A DNA stretch of 59,727 nucleotides. Origin: Oscillospiraceae bacterium (GTDB lineage Bacteria; Bacillota_I; Bacilli_A; RFN20; CAG-288). Location: the NCBI GenBank assembly GCA_963654365.1, contig CAVJZP010000004.1, positions 1-59,727 of the forward strand, read 5' to 3'. The position numbers and the translations under genes are program-made. Below, piece after piece: positions 25,060 to 34,765 of the stretch. The number at the start of each line of letters is the position of its first letter. Position 1 is the stretch's first letter. Below the pieces are notes generated by a model. That model saw nothing but the letters and a program-made list of their open reading frames with translations. It was not told the origin of the DNA and did no database searches.

Positions 25060-26400
25060 TTAGTCCTGACCAGGAATTCCTTCTCGTTTTCCGCGGACGA
25101 GAAGCTTGATGGGGCAGTTGGAGAAACCGAACTGCTCGCGGATGACGTTCTCCAAGTAACGGCGATAGGAGAAGTGGAAATAATTCGGATTGTTGCAGAA
25201 GACAACGAAGGTCGGAGGGACATCCTTTGTCTGCGTGGCATAGTTGATCTTAAGACGGCCACCGTTGAAGTTCGGTGCCTCGTTATCCATCTGAGCTTTC
25301 AGGATGACGGAGTTGAGCATGGAAGAAGGAACGGTCTTATGGATGGTCTGATCGACCTCATCCAGCGTTTGGAAGATTCTCTGGATGTTGCTTCCCGTAA
25401 GTGCGGAGATGAAGACAACCGGAGCATAATCCAAGAACTTGAAGTAGGCTTTCAGTTCCTTCTCAAAGTTCTTCTGATCCATCTGTCCATGGGAATGAAG
25501 ATCCCATTTGTTGACAACGATGATGACCGGCTTATCGTTTTCAACGGCATAGGATGAGACGTGAACATCCTGTGCGACCAAGCCTTCGCTCGCATCGATT
25601 AATAGAAGGATGATATCCGCTCTTTTTGCGGCATCCGCGGAGCGGACAAGGGCGAACTTATCCAAGTCCTCTTCAACCTTTCCAGGCCTTTTGATGCCGG
25701 CGGTATCGATCATGACATATTGCTTGCCATCTCTTTCAAAAGCGATATCGACGCTGTCTCTTGTCGTTCCGGATAACGGAGAGACAATGACACGGTCATA
25801 TCCTAAGATCTTATTGGCAAGAGAGGATTTTCCGACGTTCGGTCTACCTAACATAGCGAAGGTAAGACGACCTTCATAAGGATTCTCCTGAACTTCAGGA
25901 AGGCGCGATATGACAACATCCAGCATATCTCCAAGCCCTAATCCATGCTCGGCAGAAATCGGATAGGGTTCGCCAAAGCCTAAAGAGTAAAACTCATAGG
26001 TGTTTCCTATCATGGTGGAATCGTCGATCTTATTCACGACCAATAAAACCTTCTTCTTATAAGGAAGAAGCTTCTTAGCAACAAAGAGGTCATTGTTGGA
26101 CAATCCGAGTCTTCCGTCGACGACAAAGAGAATGACATCCGCTTCCTGACAGCCGAGTTCAACCTGATTCTGAACTTCCTTCTGGAAAGGAATCTTTTCA
26201 TCAGTGATGCCGCCAGTATCGATCAAAGTGAACTCCTTATCGAGCCAATGGCCTTTTCCGTAATTTCTGTCACGTGTGATTCCAAACTGTCGGCCGGTGA
26301 TCTCTTTTCTCGAATCGCTGAGTCGATTGAAAAGGGTTGATTTTCCGCTGGAGGGAGAACCGATGAGGGCGACGGTACCATATACTTTATTCATTTTCAC
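25060..26400 (-). CDS. der: Ribosome-associated GTPase Der/EngA (two G domains + KH-like domain)
   Basis: Two P-loops, GSPSSGKSTLFN and GRPNVGKSSLAN, two DTAG/DTGG motifs and two NKxD motifs. Confidence 0.9.
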   Translation of the reverse strand: MKMNKVYGTVALIGSPSSGKSTLFNRLSDSRKEITGRQFGITRDRNYGKGHWLDKEFTLIDTGGITDEKIPFQKEVQNQVELGCQEADVILFVVDGRLGLSNNDLFVAKKLLPYKKKVLLVVNKIDDSTMIGNTYEFYSLGFGEPYPISAEHGLGLGDMLDVVISRLPEVQENPYEGRLTFAMLGRPNVGKSSLANKILGYDRVIVSPLSGTTRDSVDIAFERDGKQYVMIDTAGIKRPGKVEEDLDKFALVRSADAAKRADIILLLIDASEGLVAQDVHVSSYAVENDKPVIIVVNKWDLHSHGQMDQKNFEKELKAYFKFLDYAPVVFISALTGSNIQRIFQTLDEVDQTIHKTVPSSMLNSVILKAQMDNEAPNFNGGRLKINYATQTKDVPPTFVVFCNNPNYFHFSYRRYLENVIREQFGFSNCPIKLLVRGKREGIPGQD

Positions 26401-27058
26401 TTACCTTCTTTCTGAAGAGGGAGATGATAGCATCGATCTCTTCCTGAATCGTCAAGTCCGATGTATCGAGGAAGACAGCGTCATCCGCAGGCCGTAAAGG
26501 CGAGTTTTCGCGGTGACTGTCGATATAGTCTCTTCTTTCAATATCTTTCTGTATCTCTTCCAAAGAGACGTCTCTGTTACGGGAAATCTCTTCCTTGTAG
26601 CGTCTTTCAGCACGGGAAGCCACCGAAGCGACCTGATAGACTTTTAGCGTTGCATTCGGAAGGACAACCGTTCCGATATCTCTTCCATCCATGACGACGG
26701 ACTCGTTCTTTGCCATCTCCTGCTGAATTTCAACCAGTCTCTCGCGCACGCATTTATGGGCGCAGGCATAAGAGACCAAAGCGGTGACATCCTCTTCTCT
26801 GACGCGCTTTGTGACATCTCTGCCATTAAGGAAGATACGTCCTTCCCTATCTTCTCTAAGAGAAAGGGAGGGAAGAAGCGTCTTTGCATCTTCTTCGCTT
26901 TTCGTATCGAGATGGTTTTCCATCATATATAGCGTAAAGGCGCGGTACATCGCACCGGTATCGACATATAAAAACCCTAAGGCTTTGCTGACTGCTTTAG
27001 CGGCAGTAGACTTTCCGCTGGCCGCAGGGCCATCGATAGCAATGGAATAATATGGCAT
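26387..27058 (-). CDS. cmk: Cytidylate kinase
   Basis: ORF track 26387..27130. Start moved to ATG 27058, giving MPYYSIAIDGPAASGKSTAAK (P-loop). It overlaps the der start by 14 nt. Confidence 0.85.
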   Translation of the reverse strand: MPYYSIAIDGPAASGKSTAAKAVSKALGFLYVDTGAMYRAFTLYMMENHLDTKSEEDAKTLLPSLSLREDREGRIFLNGRDVTKRVREEDVTALVSYACAHKCVRERLVEIQQEMAKNESVVMDGRDIGTVVLPNATLKVYQVASVASRAERRYKEEISRNRDVSLEEIQKDIERRDYIDSHRENSPLRPADDAVFLDTSDLTIQEEIDAIISLFRKKVSENE

Positions 27059-27453
27059 CAAATCACCTCCGTTAACATAAGTATGAGCAAAATAAGAAAC
27101 ACGGCAAGAACAGCTGAGACACAGGACCACATGATAATGGTGGATAGAGGAATCTTTCTCTTTCCGCGATTTGCTTTTCTAGCCTGGTTATAGCGAGCCT
27201 GAACCTCTTTCTTCTGCGACTTAGAATCGTGAAGGTCATGTTCCTTGATCAGTTCATCGATGGACATGGAAAAAGTATTGCGCGTGATTCCAGAACCGGT
27301 GTTCTGATCCGTGGAACCTGTCTCCTTCTCATCGAGAATTTTCCCCTCATCCTGAAGAGAGGATATCGTTTTCTTTTCAAAGGAATAGGCATCGATATCT
27401 GAGATCTTCTTTCTCAGATCCGCATATAGTATGACTCGGCTTTTTTCAGACAT
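27058..27453 (-). CDS. Hypothetical tail-anchored membrane protein
   Basis: Start moved to ATG 27453 (AGAGAGG upstream). 131 aa with a polar N-terminal part and one C-terminal TM (IIMWSCVSAVLAVFLILLILML). The stop overlaps the cmk ATG by 1 nt. Confidence 0.5.
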   Translation of the reverse strand: MSEKSRVILYADLRKKISDIDAYSFEKKTISSLQDEGKILDEKETGSTDQNTGSGITRNTFSMSIDELIKEHDLHDSKSQKKEVQARYNQARKANRGKRKIPLSTIIMWSCVSAVLAVFLILLILMLTEVI

Positions 27454-27531
27454 AATGAACCTCTCTAATATTATAAAAGAAAAGCAGAGCAAAAAATAGA
27501 AGAAAGGCGTAACAATCCGATGAACTTTCTA

Positions 27532-27560
27532 TTGTAAATACGCTCGTATTTTCATAAAAT
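27532..27560 (+). promoter_or_regulatory. Promoter candidate for tRNA-Thr
   Basis: TTGTAA, 17 nt, TAAAAT, ending 10 nt before the tRNA. Confidence 0.5.
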
Positions 27561-27570
27561 ATATATTGCT

Positions 27571-27646
<76 letters not shown>

Positions 27647-27664
27647 TCTTATATATCGCAATAG

Positions 27665-27690
27665 CCTAAGCGTTTGTCTTAGGTTTTTTT
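27665..27690 (+). terminator. Terminator after tRNA-Thr
   Basis: CCTAAG-cgtttgt-CTTAGG followed by TTTTTTT. Confidence 0.7.
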
Positions 27691-27694
27691 GTAC

Positions 27695-27722
27695 ATAGAA
27701 AAGGGGAGGTATCAGCCTCCCC
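27695..27722 (-). terminator. Terminator of the alpha operon (after rplQ)
   Basis: GGGGAGG (27703-27709) / CCTCCCC (27716-27722). The minus strand continues with TTTTCTATG. Confidence 0.7.
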
Positions 27723-27735
27723 CTCGCATTCAGGA

Positions 27736-28143
27736 TTAATCAACGAAGGCAAGAATTGCCATCGGAGCATTGTCACCACGACGGTTGAAAGTCTTGATGA
27801 CTCTGGTGTATCCACCATTTCTGTCCTTATACTTCGGTCCATAGACATCGAAGAGCTTCTGGAGAGCATTCTTTCCAGTCTTAGGATCGATGAAGCCCTG
27901 TTCACGAACGAAAGCGGCAGCAAGTCTTCTGGCAGCCAAATCACCCTGTTTTGCATAGGTGACAAGTCTTTCAGCTTCCTGCTGAGCGCGCTTTGCAGTG
28001 GTCACAGTGACTTCGACACTTCCGGAAATAATAAGCTGAGAAACAACATTTCTCAACATATTCTTTCTTTTGTCGGAAGTATAACCGGCCTTAAAGCGGA
28101 CACCGCCTTTGCCGTGTACATTTCTTCTTCCAATAGTACCCAT
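27736..28143 (-). CDS. rplQ: 50S ribosomal protein L17
   Basis: The translation contains DKRKNMLRNVVSQLI...GDLAARRLAAAFV, typical of L17. It is the last gene after rpoA. Confidence 0.9.
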   Translation of the reverse strand: MGTIGRRNVHGKGGVRFKAGYTSDKRKNMLRNVVSQLIISGSVEVTVTTAKRAQQEAERLVTYAKQGDLAARRLAAAFVREQGFIDPKTGKNALQKLFDVYGPKYKDRNGGYTRVIKTFNRRGDNAPMAILAFVD

Positions 28144-28160
28144 AGTAGTTTTACCTCACT

Positions 28161-29144
28161 TTACTTCTTGGTATTGTCGTCGCGCTGAAGGGAGAGATTG
28201 AAGGTAGCAAGCTTATCAAGAATTTCCTTGTAGGACTTCTTTCCTAAGTTTCTGACCGTCATCAATTCAGATTCCCTCATGTTGCAGAGATCCTGAACAG
28301 TCTTGATGCCGTTTCTCTTCAGACAGTTGTAAGAACGAACGCTGAGATCGAGATCTTCGAGCATCATCGAGTTGAACTTGTTCTCTGTCTTCTCGGTGCT
28401 GACAGACATGACAGCAGCGGACTTAACGGCATCGTTAAGGTCTTCGAAGACTTTGAAGTGTTCATCCAAAATCTTGGCAGCGAGCGCAACAGCATTGACG
28501 GCATCCATGCTGCCATCCGTATCTACATGAATGACAAGCTTCTCATAGCTTGCATCATGACCGACACGGAAAGGTTCGACTTCGATATCGACTTTCTCGA
28601 TAGGGGAGAAATTCGAATCGACAGCGATTCTGCCGATGGCCCAAGAAGAGCTCTTGTTGTCTTCAGCAGTGACGAATCCACGGCCCTTACGAGCATAGAA
28701 GATAGCCTTGATATGTCCGCCAGCAGCAAGGTGGCAGATGACCATATCAGGGTTCACGACGGAAACGTTGCCAGGACAGACGATATCGCCAGCCTTGACG
28801 ACTTTTCCTTCTTTGTTTTCATCTTTTGCGCTGACTTCAAGCATAAGCTTGTAGTCAACATCCTCATCATCGGAGATATCTTTCAAAACAAGATTCTTGA
28901 TGTTAAGAATGATTTGGGTCAAATCTTCGACTACGCCTTCCAAAGGAGTGTACTCATGACGGGCACCTTCGACTTCGACAGAGTAGACGGCAAGGCCAGG
29001 AAGGGAAGAGAGAAGAACTCTTCTCATCGCATTGCCAATAGTGACACCAAATCCTTTTTCAAGAGGAGCAATGGTGAAACGACCAGTATTTTCAGATACA
29101 TCAGACTTGCTGATGTCAAATTTCGGCTGTTCGAATTCTTTCAT
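28161..29144 (-). CDS. rpoA: DNA-directed RNA polymerase subunit alpha
   Basis: FTIAPLEKGFGVTIGNAMRRVLLSSLPG is the N-terminal domain. The C-terminal LDLSVRSYNCLKRNGIKTVQDL is the alpha-CTD HhH. Confidence 0.95.
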   Translation of the reverse strand: MKEFEQPKFDISKSDVSENTGRFTIAPLEKGFGVTIGNAMRRVLLSSLPGLAVYSVEVEGARHEYTPLEGVVEDLTQIILNIKNLVLKDISDDEDVDYKLMLEVSAKDENKEGKVVKAGDIVCPGNVSVVNPDMVICHLAAGGHIKAIFYARKGRGFVTAEDNKSSSWAIGRIAVDSNFSPIEKVDIEVEPFRVGHDASYEKLVIHVDTDGSMDAVNAVALAAKILDEHFKVFEDLNDAVKSAAVMSVSTEKTENKFNSMMLEDLDLSVRSYNCLKRNGIKTVQDLCNMRESELMTVRNLGKKSYKEILDKLATFNLSLQRDDNTKK

Positions 29145-29171
29145 TCCAAGTTCTCCTTTATTCGTCTGATT

Positions 29172-29567
29172 TTAGCCACGAGGTCTCTTGGCCGGACGGC
29201 AGCCATTATGAGGAATCGGTGTTACATCAGCGATAGAGAGAACCTTGAGTCCAGCAGCTTCCAAAGCTCTGACTGCGGTTTCACGGCCCGGACCAGGACC
29301 CTTGATTTCAACATCAACAGATTTCAGTCCTCTGTCAACACAGGATTTTGCAACATTGGCAGCAGCAACCTGAGCGGCAAACGGAGTGGACTTTCTGGCA
29401 CCGGAATAACCGGAAGTGCCAGCAGAGGCCCAAGCGATGACCTTACCCGTCTCATCAGAGATGGAGACGATAGTGTTAGAGTAAGAAGCGTGGATGTGAG
29501 CGACACCTTTTGTAAAGGTAAGCTTTGCCTTCTTCTTACGGATAGTTGTTTTCTTTTTATCAGCCAT
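29172..29567 (-). CDS. rpsK: 30S ribosomal protein S11
   Basis: [30 protein letters not shown]...[10 protein letters not shown]. Confidence 0.95.
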   Translation of the reverse strand: MADKKKTTIRKKKAKLTFTKGVAHIHASYSNTIVSISDETGKVIAWASAGTSGYSGARKSTPFAAQVAAANVAKSCVDRGLKSVDVEIKGPGPGRETAVRALEAAGLKVLSIADVTPIPHNGCRPAKRPRG

Positions 29568-29586
29568 TTTACTTTATCCTCCCAGA

Positions 29587-29961
29587 TTACATCGTAGCCT
29601 TCTTGTGGTTGGCGACGGTCTTTCTCGGACCTTTGCATGTACGTGCATTGGTCTTGTCTCTCTGACCACGGCAAGGAAGATTTCTCTTATGTCTCTGACC
29701 ACGGTATGTACCGATATCCTGCAATCTCTTGATATCGAGAGCAACCTGTCTTCTAAGATCACCTTCTACGACATATTTGGCAACCTCGTTACGGACAGCA
29801 GTGAGTTCTTCCTCAGAGCAATCCTTGACTCTCTTGGTGCCATCAACTTTCGCATCGACACAAATCTTCTTGGCAGTGGTGAGTCCGATTCCGTAGATAT
29901 AACGGAGGGAATAAACCAACTGCTTGTCATTCGGAATATCAACGCCAGCGATTCTAGCCAT
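29587..29961 (-). CDS. rpsM: 30S ribosomal protein S13
   Basis: [26 protein letters not shown]...YRGQRH. Confidence 0.95.
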   Translation of the reverse strand: MARIAGVDIPNDKQLVYSLRYIYGIGLTTAKKICVDAKVDGTKRVKDCSEEELTAVRNEVAKYVVEGDLRRQVALDIKRLQDIGTYRGQRHKRNLPCRGQRDKTNARTCKGPRKTVANHKKATM

Positions 29962-29980
29962 AATTCCCTAAATCCTTTCT

Positions 29981-30094
29981 TTAGCCTTGTCTCTGCTTAT
30001 GCTTTGGATTGGAGCAGATGACCATAACACGTCCCTTACGCTTAATGACTCTGCATTTATCGCAGATCGGTTTGACTGAAGCTCTAACTTTCAT
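29981..30094 (-). CDS. rpmJ: 50S ribosomal protein L36
   Basis: Hand translation gives [37 protein letters not shown] (37 aa), with AAGGAGAA upstream. Too short for the ORF track. Confidence 0.9.
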   Translation of the reverse strand: MKVRASVKPICDKCRVIKRKGRVMVICSNPKHKQRQG

Positions 30095-30115
30095 GGTTAG
30101 TATTCTCCTTTTTCT

Positions 30116-30334
30116 TTACTTATATCGGTAAACAATGCAGCCATTGGTGACATCATACGGGGAGATTTCCACAGTGACATGGTCTCCGGGCAAAATCCTG
30201 ATTTTGTTCATACGCATTTTGCCAGAAATCCTGGCTCTTATCACTGCACCACCGTCGAGTTTTACCGAATACTTCTCGGCGGGGAGGGAATCGAGAACTG
30301 TCCCTTCCATCTTAATGAAATCTTCTCTGCTCAT
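30116..30334 (-). CDS. infA: Translation initiation factor IF-1
   Basis: 72 aa S1-like fold: [43 protein letters not shown]. Confidence 0.95.
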   Translation of the reverse strand: MSREDFIKMEGTVLDSLPAEKYSVKLDGGAVIRARISGKMRMNKIRILPGDHVTVEISPYDVTNGCIVYRYK

Positions 30335-31134
30335 GCTTTTAACCCCAACTCCTTTAGATGTCGTTTTACATTGGAGTCAACCGAGGTGATGATCGGACCA
30401 TTTTCTGTGATGACAACGTCATTCTCATAATGGGCGGTCAGTTTTCCATCGGCTGAAACTATGCCCCAGCCATCCTTTTCGGTAATGTATTCACATGTAC
30501 CAGACATGACCATGGGCTCAATTGCGAGACACATACCCGCTCTTAAGAACGGGCCAAGACCGAGTTCCGGACTGTAGAAGTTCGGAATGAACGGATCTTC
30601 ATGCATCTCTGTGCCGATTCCGTGGCCTCCATAATCTTTGATCAGGGAGAAGCCATATTTATCGGCGGTTTTCTGGATTGCCATACTGATTTCGTACAGA
30701 TGGTGTCCAGGATAACATACCTGATAGGCGGCGTAGAAACACTCTTCGGTGCAACGGATGAGCTTACTCGCTTCATCGGAGATATTTCCAACGGCGAAGG
30801 TACGACAGGCATCTCCATTGTAACCGGAAGCATCTTTGTTTCCCATATCAATGGAGAGGATATCGCCTTCTTTCAGAATTACATTCTTGGATGGAATGCC
30901 GTGAATCAGAACGCTGTTGACGGAAGCGCAGACGGCATTGTGGTAACCGTCCTCGAGTGAGAAGTTGGGCACGCCTCCGGATTCACGGATGAATCGTTCA
31001 GCGAGTTTGTCAATCTCCCAGGTAGAACGGCCAGGACGAATCTCAGGAAGCAGCTTGTCGAAGATTTCTCCGAGCTTGTTGCCAGCCTGAATCATCATCT
31101 CCTGTTCTCTAGGACTACGGATGGTGATCTTCAT
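30331..31134 (-). CDS. map: Methionine aminopeptidase, type I
   Basis: Metal-ligand context SIDMG...[10 protein letters not shown]...GHGIG...LAIEPM. ATGA overlap with infA. Confidence 0.9.
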   Translation of the reverse strand: MKITIRSPREQEMMIQAGNKLGEIFDKLLPEIRPGRSTWEIDKLAERFIRESGGVPNFSLEDGYHNAVCASVNSVLIHGIPSKNVILKEGDILSIDMGNKDASGYNGDACRTFAVGNISDEASKLIRCTEECFYAAYQVCYPGHHLYEISMAIQKTADKYGFSLIKDYGGHGIGTEMHEDPFIPNFYSPELGLGPFLRAGMCLAIEPMVMSGTCEYITEKDGWGIVSADGKLTAHYENDVVITENGPIITSVDSNVKRHLKELGLKA

Positions 31135-31808
31135 TCATTTACCTCATCAAGAATTTTCTGAACATCTTGGAATACAGCATCGATGTCCTGAAGGGCATTC
31201 ACTTCTTTGAGCAGACCCTTCCCTCTATAGTAGTCAGCAAGAGGATAAGTCTGTTTGCTGTATGCGTCGAGCCTGACCTTGAAGGCTTCTGCTGTATCGT
31301 CTTTTCTCTGAATCAGGTCATGGGAGCAGGAATCACAGACTCCGTCCTTGGCCGGTTTCTTCGTTTCGACGTTGTAGCTTGCGCCACAGTTCGGGCAGAC
31401 GCGGCGGTTGGTGATACGGGCAGTGAGCACATCCTCATCCGCAGTAAGCAGGATGACAGAGCTAAGGCTTCTGCCAGAATTCATCAACAGTTTATCTAAA
31501 GCCTCAGCCTGATAGACCGTTCTCGGGAATCCGTCGAGAAGGAAGCCTTCTTTGCAGTCATCCTGAGCAAGTCTCTCCTCCACTAATCCAATGGTTACCT
31601 CATCCGGAACAAGAAGTCCCTTGTTGATGTATTCACTGGCTTTGAGGCCTAATGGAGTCTTATTCGTAATTGCGGCGCGGAACATATCGCCAGTAGAGAT
31701 GTGAGGGATTTTGTATGTCTTTGCAATCAACTCTGACTGAGTTCCCTTGCCAGCGGCAGGGGGACCCATCAGAATGATATTAAGACCAAGATTCTTTTTG
31801 TTGTTCAT
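31131..31808 (-). CDS. adk: Adenylate kinase (four-Cys zinc lid)
   Basis: P-loop GPPAAGKGTQ and lid CPNCGASYN...CDSCSHDL. Confidence 0.95.
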   Translation of the reverse strand: MNNKKNLGLNIILMGPPAAGKGTQSELIAKTYKIPHISTGDMFRAAITNKTPLGLKASEYINKGLLVPDEVTIGLVEERLAQDDCKEGFLLDGFPRTVYQAEALDKLLMNSGRSLSSVILLTADEDVLTARITNRRVCPNCGASYNVETKKPAKDGVCDSCSHDLIQRKDDTAEAFKVRLDAYSKQTYPLADYYRGKGLLKEVNALQDIDAVFQDVQKILDEVNE

Positions 31809-31810
31809 AA

Positions 31811-33157
31811 TTACAGTTCACTTTCTGCATATCCGTGACCAGCAAGGATACCATTGATCTGATTGTAGACTTCCAAGGCAACACCGACAACGATGATAAG
31901 TCCTGTTCCGCCTAACGATAAGGAAGAAGGAACAGCGCCCGTAAGAGAGAGGATGACAGGGACCAAAGCGATAACGGTAAGAGCCATGGAACCGATGAAT
32001 GTCATACGATTGAGGATCTTAGAGATATAGCGCTCTGTCTCAGTTCCAGGTTTGATACCAGTGATATAGGTACCAGAAGTCTGGAAGTTTTCAGCGATTC
32101 TCTCCGGATTGATTTCCAACTGCGCATAGAAGAAGGAGAATGCGATGATGAGAATTGCGTAGATGATAGTACCCCACGGGAAGGAGAAACTATCCGTCAT
32201 CTGTGTCATAGACTGATAATTGAAGACTTCTTCGATCTTTTCGGCCCAAGCCGGCGGATTACCATTGGAGAACAAGGAGATGATGATACTCGGTGCCACC
32301 ATGATAGAGCTGGCGAAGATGACCGGCATAACGGAAGAAGCGTTCACTTTGATAGGAAGGAAGGAAGCCTGCTGAGAAGAGAGTTCGTTGGACTGAGACG
32401 TATTCGAATGGGATACGGGGAGTTTGCGAACCGACTTTTCGATGAATGTAACGAAGACAACAATGAGCACCAAAGCGAGAAGGTAGACAGCCAACTGAAC
32501 CGATCCCTGAAGGATCAGAGTGGCATCGCCCTTATCGACCTTGGAACTAGACAAATAGGTTTCAAACGCACCAGTGATTTGATTAGGAAGACTGGAGATG
32601 ATACCAGCGAAGATCAGCATAGAGATACCGTTTCCGATACCTTTGTCTGTGATCTGGTCACCTAACCAAGTGAGGACCATGGAACCTGCCACCATGAAGA
32701 TAATGATCTTCGTGTAACCCCAAGCCGACGAATCTGTCAGCGTGATTGCCTGAGAATTATTCTGCAAGGCGACAGTGATACCATAAGCCTGAACAGCTCC
32801 CAAGACAACAGAGAGGACTCTGGTGACGACATCCAGTCTTTTACGACCGGATTCGCCTTCCTTTGTCATCTGTGTCAAGGATGGAAGAACATCCATCGAG
32901 AGAAGCTGAATGATGATCTGAGAAGTGATGTATGGGGAGATGCCCAATGCAAAGATTGAGAAATTCTGCAAGGCACCGCCACCCATCATGTTGAGAAGAG
33001 AAAGTGTGTTTGTTGTATTATCCCAGAGAGAGCTAGTTGTCTGAACACCCGGGACCTTGATAGCCGATCCGATTCTGAAGACAAGGAAAATCGCCAACGT
33101 AAAGAGAATTCTATTCAACACATCCTTGTTATGGAAAAACGCGGCTACCTTTTTCAT
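31811..33157 (-). CDS. secY: Preprotein translocase subunit SecY
   Basis: 448 aa with 10 hydrophobic segments. ALGISPYITSQIIIQLL is typical of SecY. Sits in the spc operon position. Confidence 0.95.
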   Translation of the reverse strand: MKKVAAFFHNKDVLNRILFTLAIFLVFRIGSAIKVPGVQTTSSLWDNTTNTLSLLNMMGGGALQNFSIFALGISPYITSQIIIQLLSMDVLPSLTQMTKEGESGRKRLDVVTRVLSVVLGAVQAYGITVALQNNSQAITLTDSSAWGYTKIIIFMVAGSMVLTWLGDQITDKGIGNGISMLIFAGIISSLPNQITGAFETYLSSSKVDKGDATLILQGSVQLAVYLLALVLIVVFVTFIEKSVRKLPVSHSNTSQSNELSSQQASFLPIKVNASSVMPVIFASSIMVAPSIIISLFSNGNPPAWAEKIEEVFNYQSMTQMTDSFSFPWGTIIYAILIIAFSFFYAQLEINPERIAENFQTSGTYITGIKPGTETERYISKILNRMTFIGSMALTVIALVPVILSLTGAVPSSLSLGGTGLIIVVGVALEVYNQINGILAGHGYAESEL

Positions 33158-33687
33158 TATTTACCCTCTGTTTCTTCCTCGGAAGCGCAGAACTTCTTGA
33201 AAGCGATTCTAGCATCTTTGAGAGTGACGACTTCAGCAGTTCCGCCGACTTTCTCAATAGCTGCCTTTGCGCTCTTGGTGAAGCCCTGAACCTTGACGTT
33301 GAGGACCTTGGTAAGCTCAACGGCATTTCCGTTCTCGTCTTTGACATCACCAACGATCTTGACCGGCTTATTCAAATTGCGAATAAGGCCAGCAAGCATC
33401 AATGTTGTGTCATTGACTTCGATTCCGGAGTCGAAACCTTCGAGATCGCTGAGCTTCACAATAGTATACTCTACTCTACCATAATTGGTAAAGCCATGTT
33501 TCGGAAGACGACGGTAAAGCGGTAACTGTCCGCCTTCGAAGCCGACAGGAACCTTTCTGCCCTGACGGGCACCCTGACCTTTTTGACCACGGGTAGAGGT
33601 CTTACCCATACCGGAGCCGATACCCTGACCGACTCTCTTCGGAAGATGACGGGATCCTTTGGCAATCTTAAGATTAGTTAAATCCAT
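33157..33687 (-). CDS. rplO: 50S ribosomal protein L15 (C-terminally extended)
   Basis: GSGMGKTSTRGQKGQGARQG...FEGGQLPLYRRLPK. 176 aa against roughly 145 in model bacteria. Confidence 0.9.
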   Translation of the reverse strand: MDLTNLKIAKGSRHLPKRVGQGIGSGMGKTSTRGQKGQGARQGRKVPVGFEGGQLPLYRRLPKHGFTNYGRVEYTIVKLSDLEGFDSGIEVNDTTLMLAGLIRNLNKPVKIVGDVKDENGNAVELTKVLNVKVQGFTKSAKAAIEKVGGTAEVVTLKDARIAFKKFCASEEETEGK

Positions 33688-33700
33688 GATTCATTCCTCC

Positions 33701-34378
33701 TTATTTGGCTTCCGCCTTAGGGGCATCAGCCTTGACTTCCTTACCATAGCGGGAAGCCTGAACATCGGCATAGGTCATCAGCTGATTAAGAGCATCGACG
33801 GTTGCCTTGACGACATTGTTCTGGGTTCTCGAACCATAGATCTTGGAATAGACGTTCTTGATACCAGCAAGTTCAAGAATAGCACGGACAGCACCACCGG
33901 CGACAAGTCCTGTGCCAGCAGGAGCCGGCTTGAGGAAGACCTGAGTGGCACCGAAGTGACCCATGACAGCATGTGTGATGGTATCGCCTTTGGCGATGGT
34001 CATCTTGAACAGGTTGCGCTTTGCAGCGGCCAAAGCCTTCTTGATGGCATCCGGTACTTCGCTGGATTTGCCAAGGCCATAGCCATATTTGCCTTTGCCG
34101 TCACCGATAACGACAAGAGCGGTGAAGCGAACACGCTTACCACCTTTGACAGTCTTGGAGACGCGAGAGATTTTTACGACCTTTTCTTCGTAGAGTTTCT
34201 CTTCAACTCTTCTTCCACGGCCATTGCCACGGCCGTTAAAACGGCGACCGCCCTGGCCGAAACGGTGATTTCCGTTTCCTCTGCCAGCGGCAGCAGACTT
34301 CTCACCGGCGGCAACCGGTTCAGCCTTGACTTCGGCAGTTTCTGCCGGAGCGACGTTATTCTGGATTTCTTCAGCCAT
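33701..34378 (-). CDS. rpsE: 30S ribosomal protein S5 (about 58-aa N-terminal RG-rich extension)
   Basis: The core KVVKISRVSKTVKGGKRVRFTALVVIGDGKGKYGYG follows the extension GRGNGNHRFGQGGRRFNGRGNGRGRR. Confidence 0.9.
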   Translation of the reverse strand: MAEEIQNNVAPAETAEVKAEPVAAGEKSAAAGRGNGNHRFGQGGRRFNGRGNGRGRRVEEKLYEEKVVKISRVSKTVKGGKRVRFTALVVIGDGKGKYGYGLGKSSEVPDAIKKALAAAKRNLFKMTIAKGDTITHAVMGHFGATQVFLKPAPAGTGLVAGGAVRAILELAGIKNVYSKIYGSRTQNNVVKATVDALNQLMTYADVQASRYGKEVKADAPKAEAK

Positions 34379-34390
34379 TGTTATTTCTCC

Positions 34391-34747
34391 TTAGAAGACT
34401 AATCCGCCCTTGCGGCAGGCTTCAGCCAAAGCTTTGACCTGTCCATGGTAGATGTAGCCGGAACGATCGAAAACGACTTTTGCGATGTTAAGAGCTTTGG
34501 CCTTGTTTGCTAAGTCCTCGCCAACCTTAGAGGCAGCCTCGCAATTAGAAGGATTATCTAATCCGAGTTTAGAGGAATCGGTGCAGACGAGAGTCTTGCC
34601 GGTTTCATCATCGATCAGAGCAGCATAGATGAATTTGTTGGAACGATAGACAGAGATTCTAGGGCATTCAGCAGTACCAGAGATTTTGGCTCTGATTCTG
34701 ACATGGCGATGAAGTCTCTGCTTGTTCTTATTGAAAGCAGTATACAT
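34391..34747 (-). CDS. rplR: 50S ribosomal protein L18
   Basis: RHVRIRAKISGTAECPRISVYRSNKFIYAALIDD...FDRSGYIYHG. Confidence 0.95.
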   Translation of the reverse strand: MYTAFNKNKQRLHRHVRIRAKISGTAECPRISVYRSNKFIYAALIDDETGKTLVCTDSSKLGLDNPSNCEAASKVGEDLANKAKALNIAKVVFDRSGYIYHGQVKALAEACRKGGLVF

Positions 34748-34765
34748 TCTTCATTTCCTCCTTGA

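Noticed and set aside
24681-25262. 193-aa minus-strand ORF.
   Set aside because: It runs through the mtaB 3' end, tRNA-Ala and its terminator, the der terminator and the der 3' end in a different frame. There is no RBS, so I treat it as spurious.
28458-29597. 379-aa plus-strand ORF, the longest unexpected ORF in the track.
   Set aside because: It lies entirely antisense to rpoA and rpsK, whose translations are unmistakable. Its product is low-complexity (S/D/R/F-rich), has no SD and has no recognisable motif. This is a typical shadow ORF of a highly expressed, codon-biased gene.
33659-34402. 247-aa plus-strand ORF antisense to rpsE. Similar antisense ORFs occur at 36067-36639, 36766-37326, 38461-38907 and 38941-39453.
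   Set aside because: All of them overlap well-supported ribosomal protein genes on the opposite strand and translate to low-complexity sequence. They have no RBS and no independent support.
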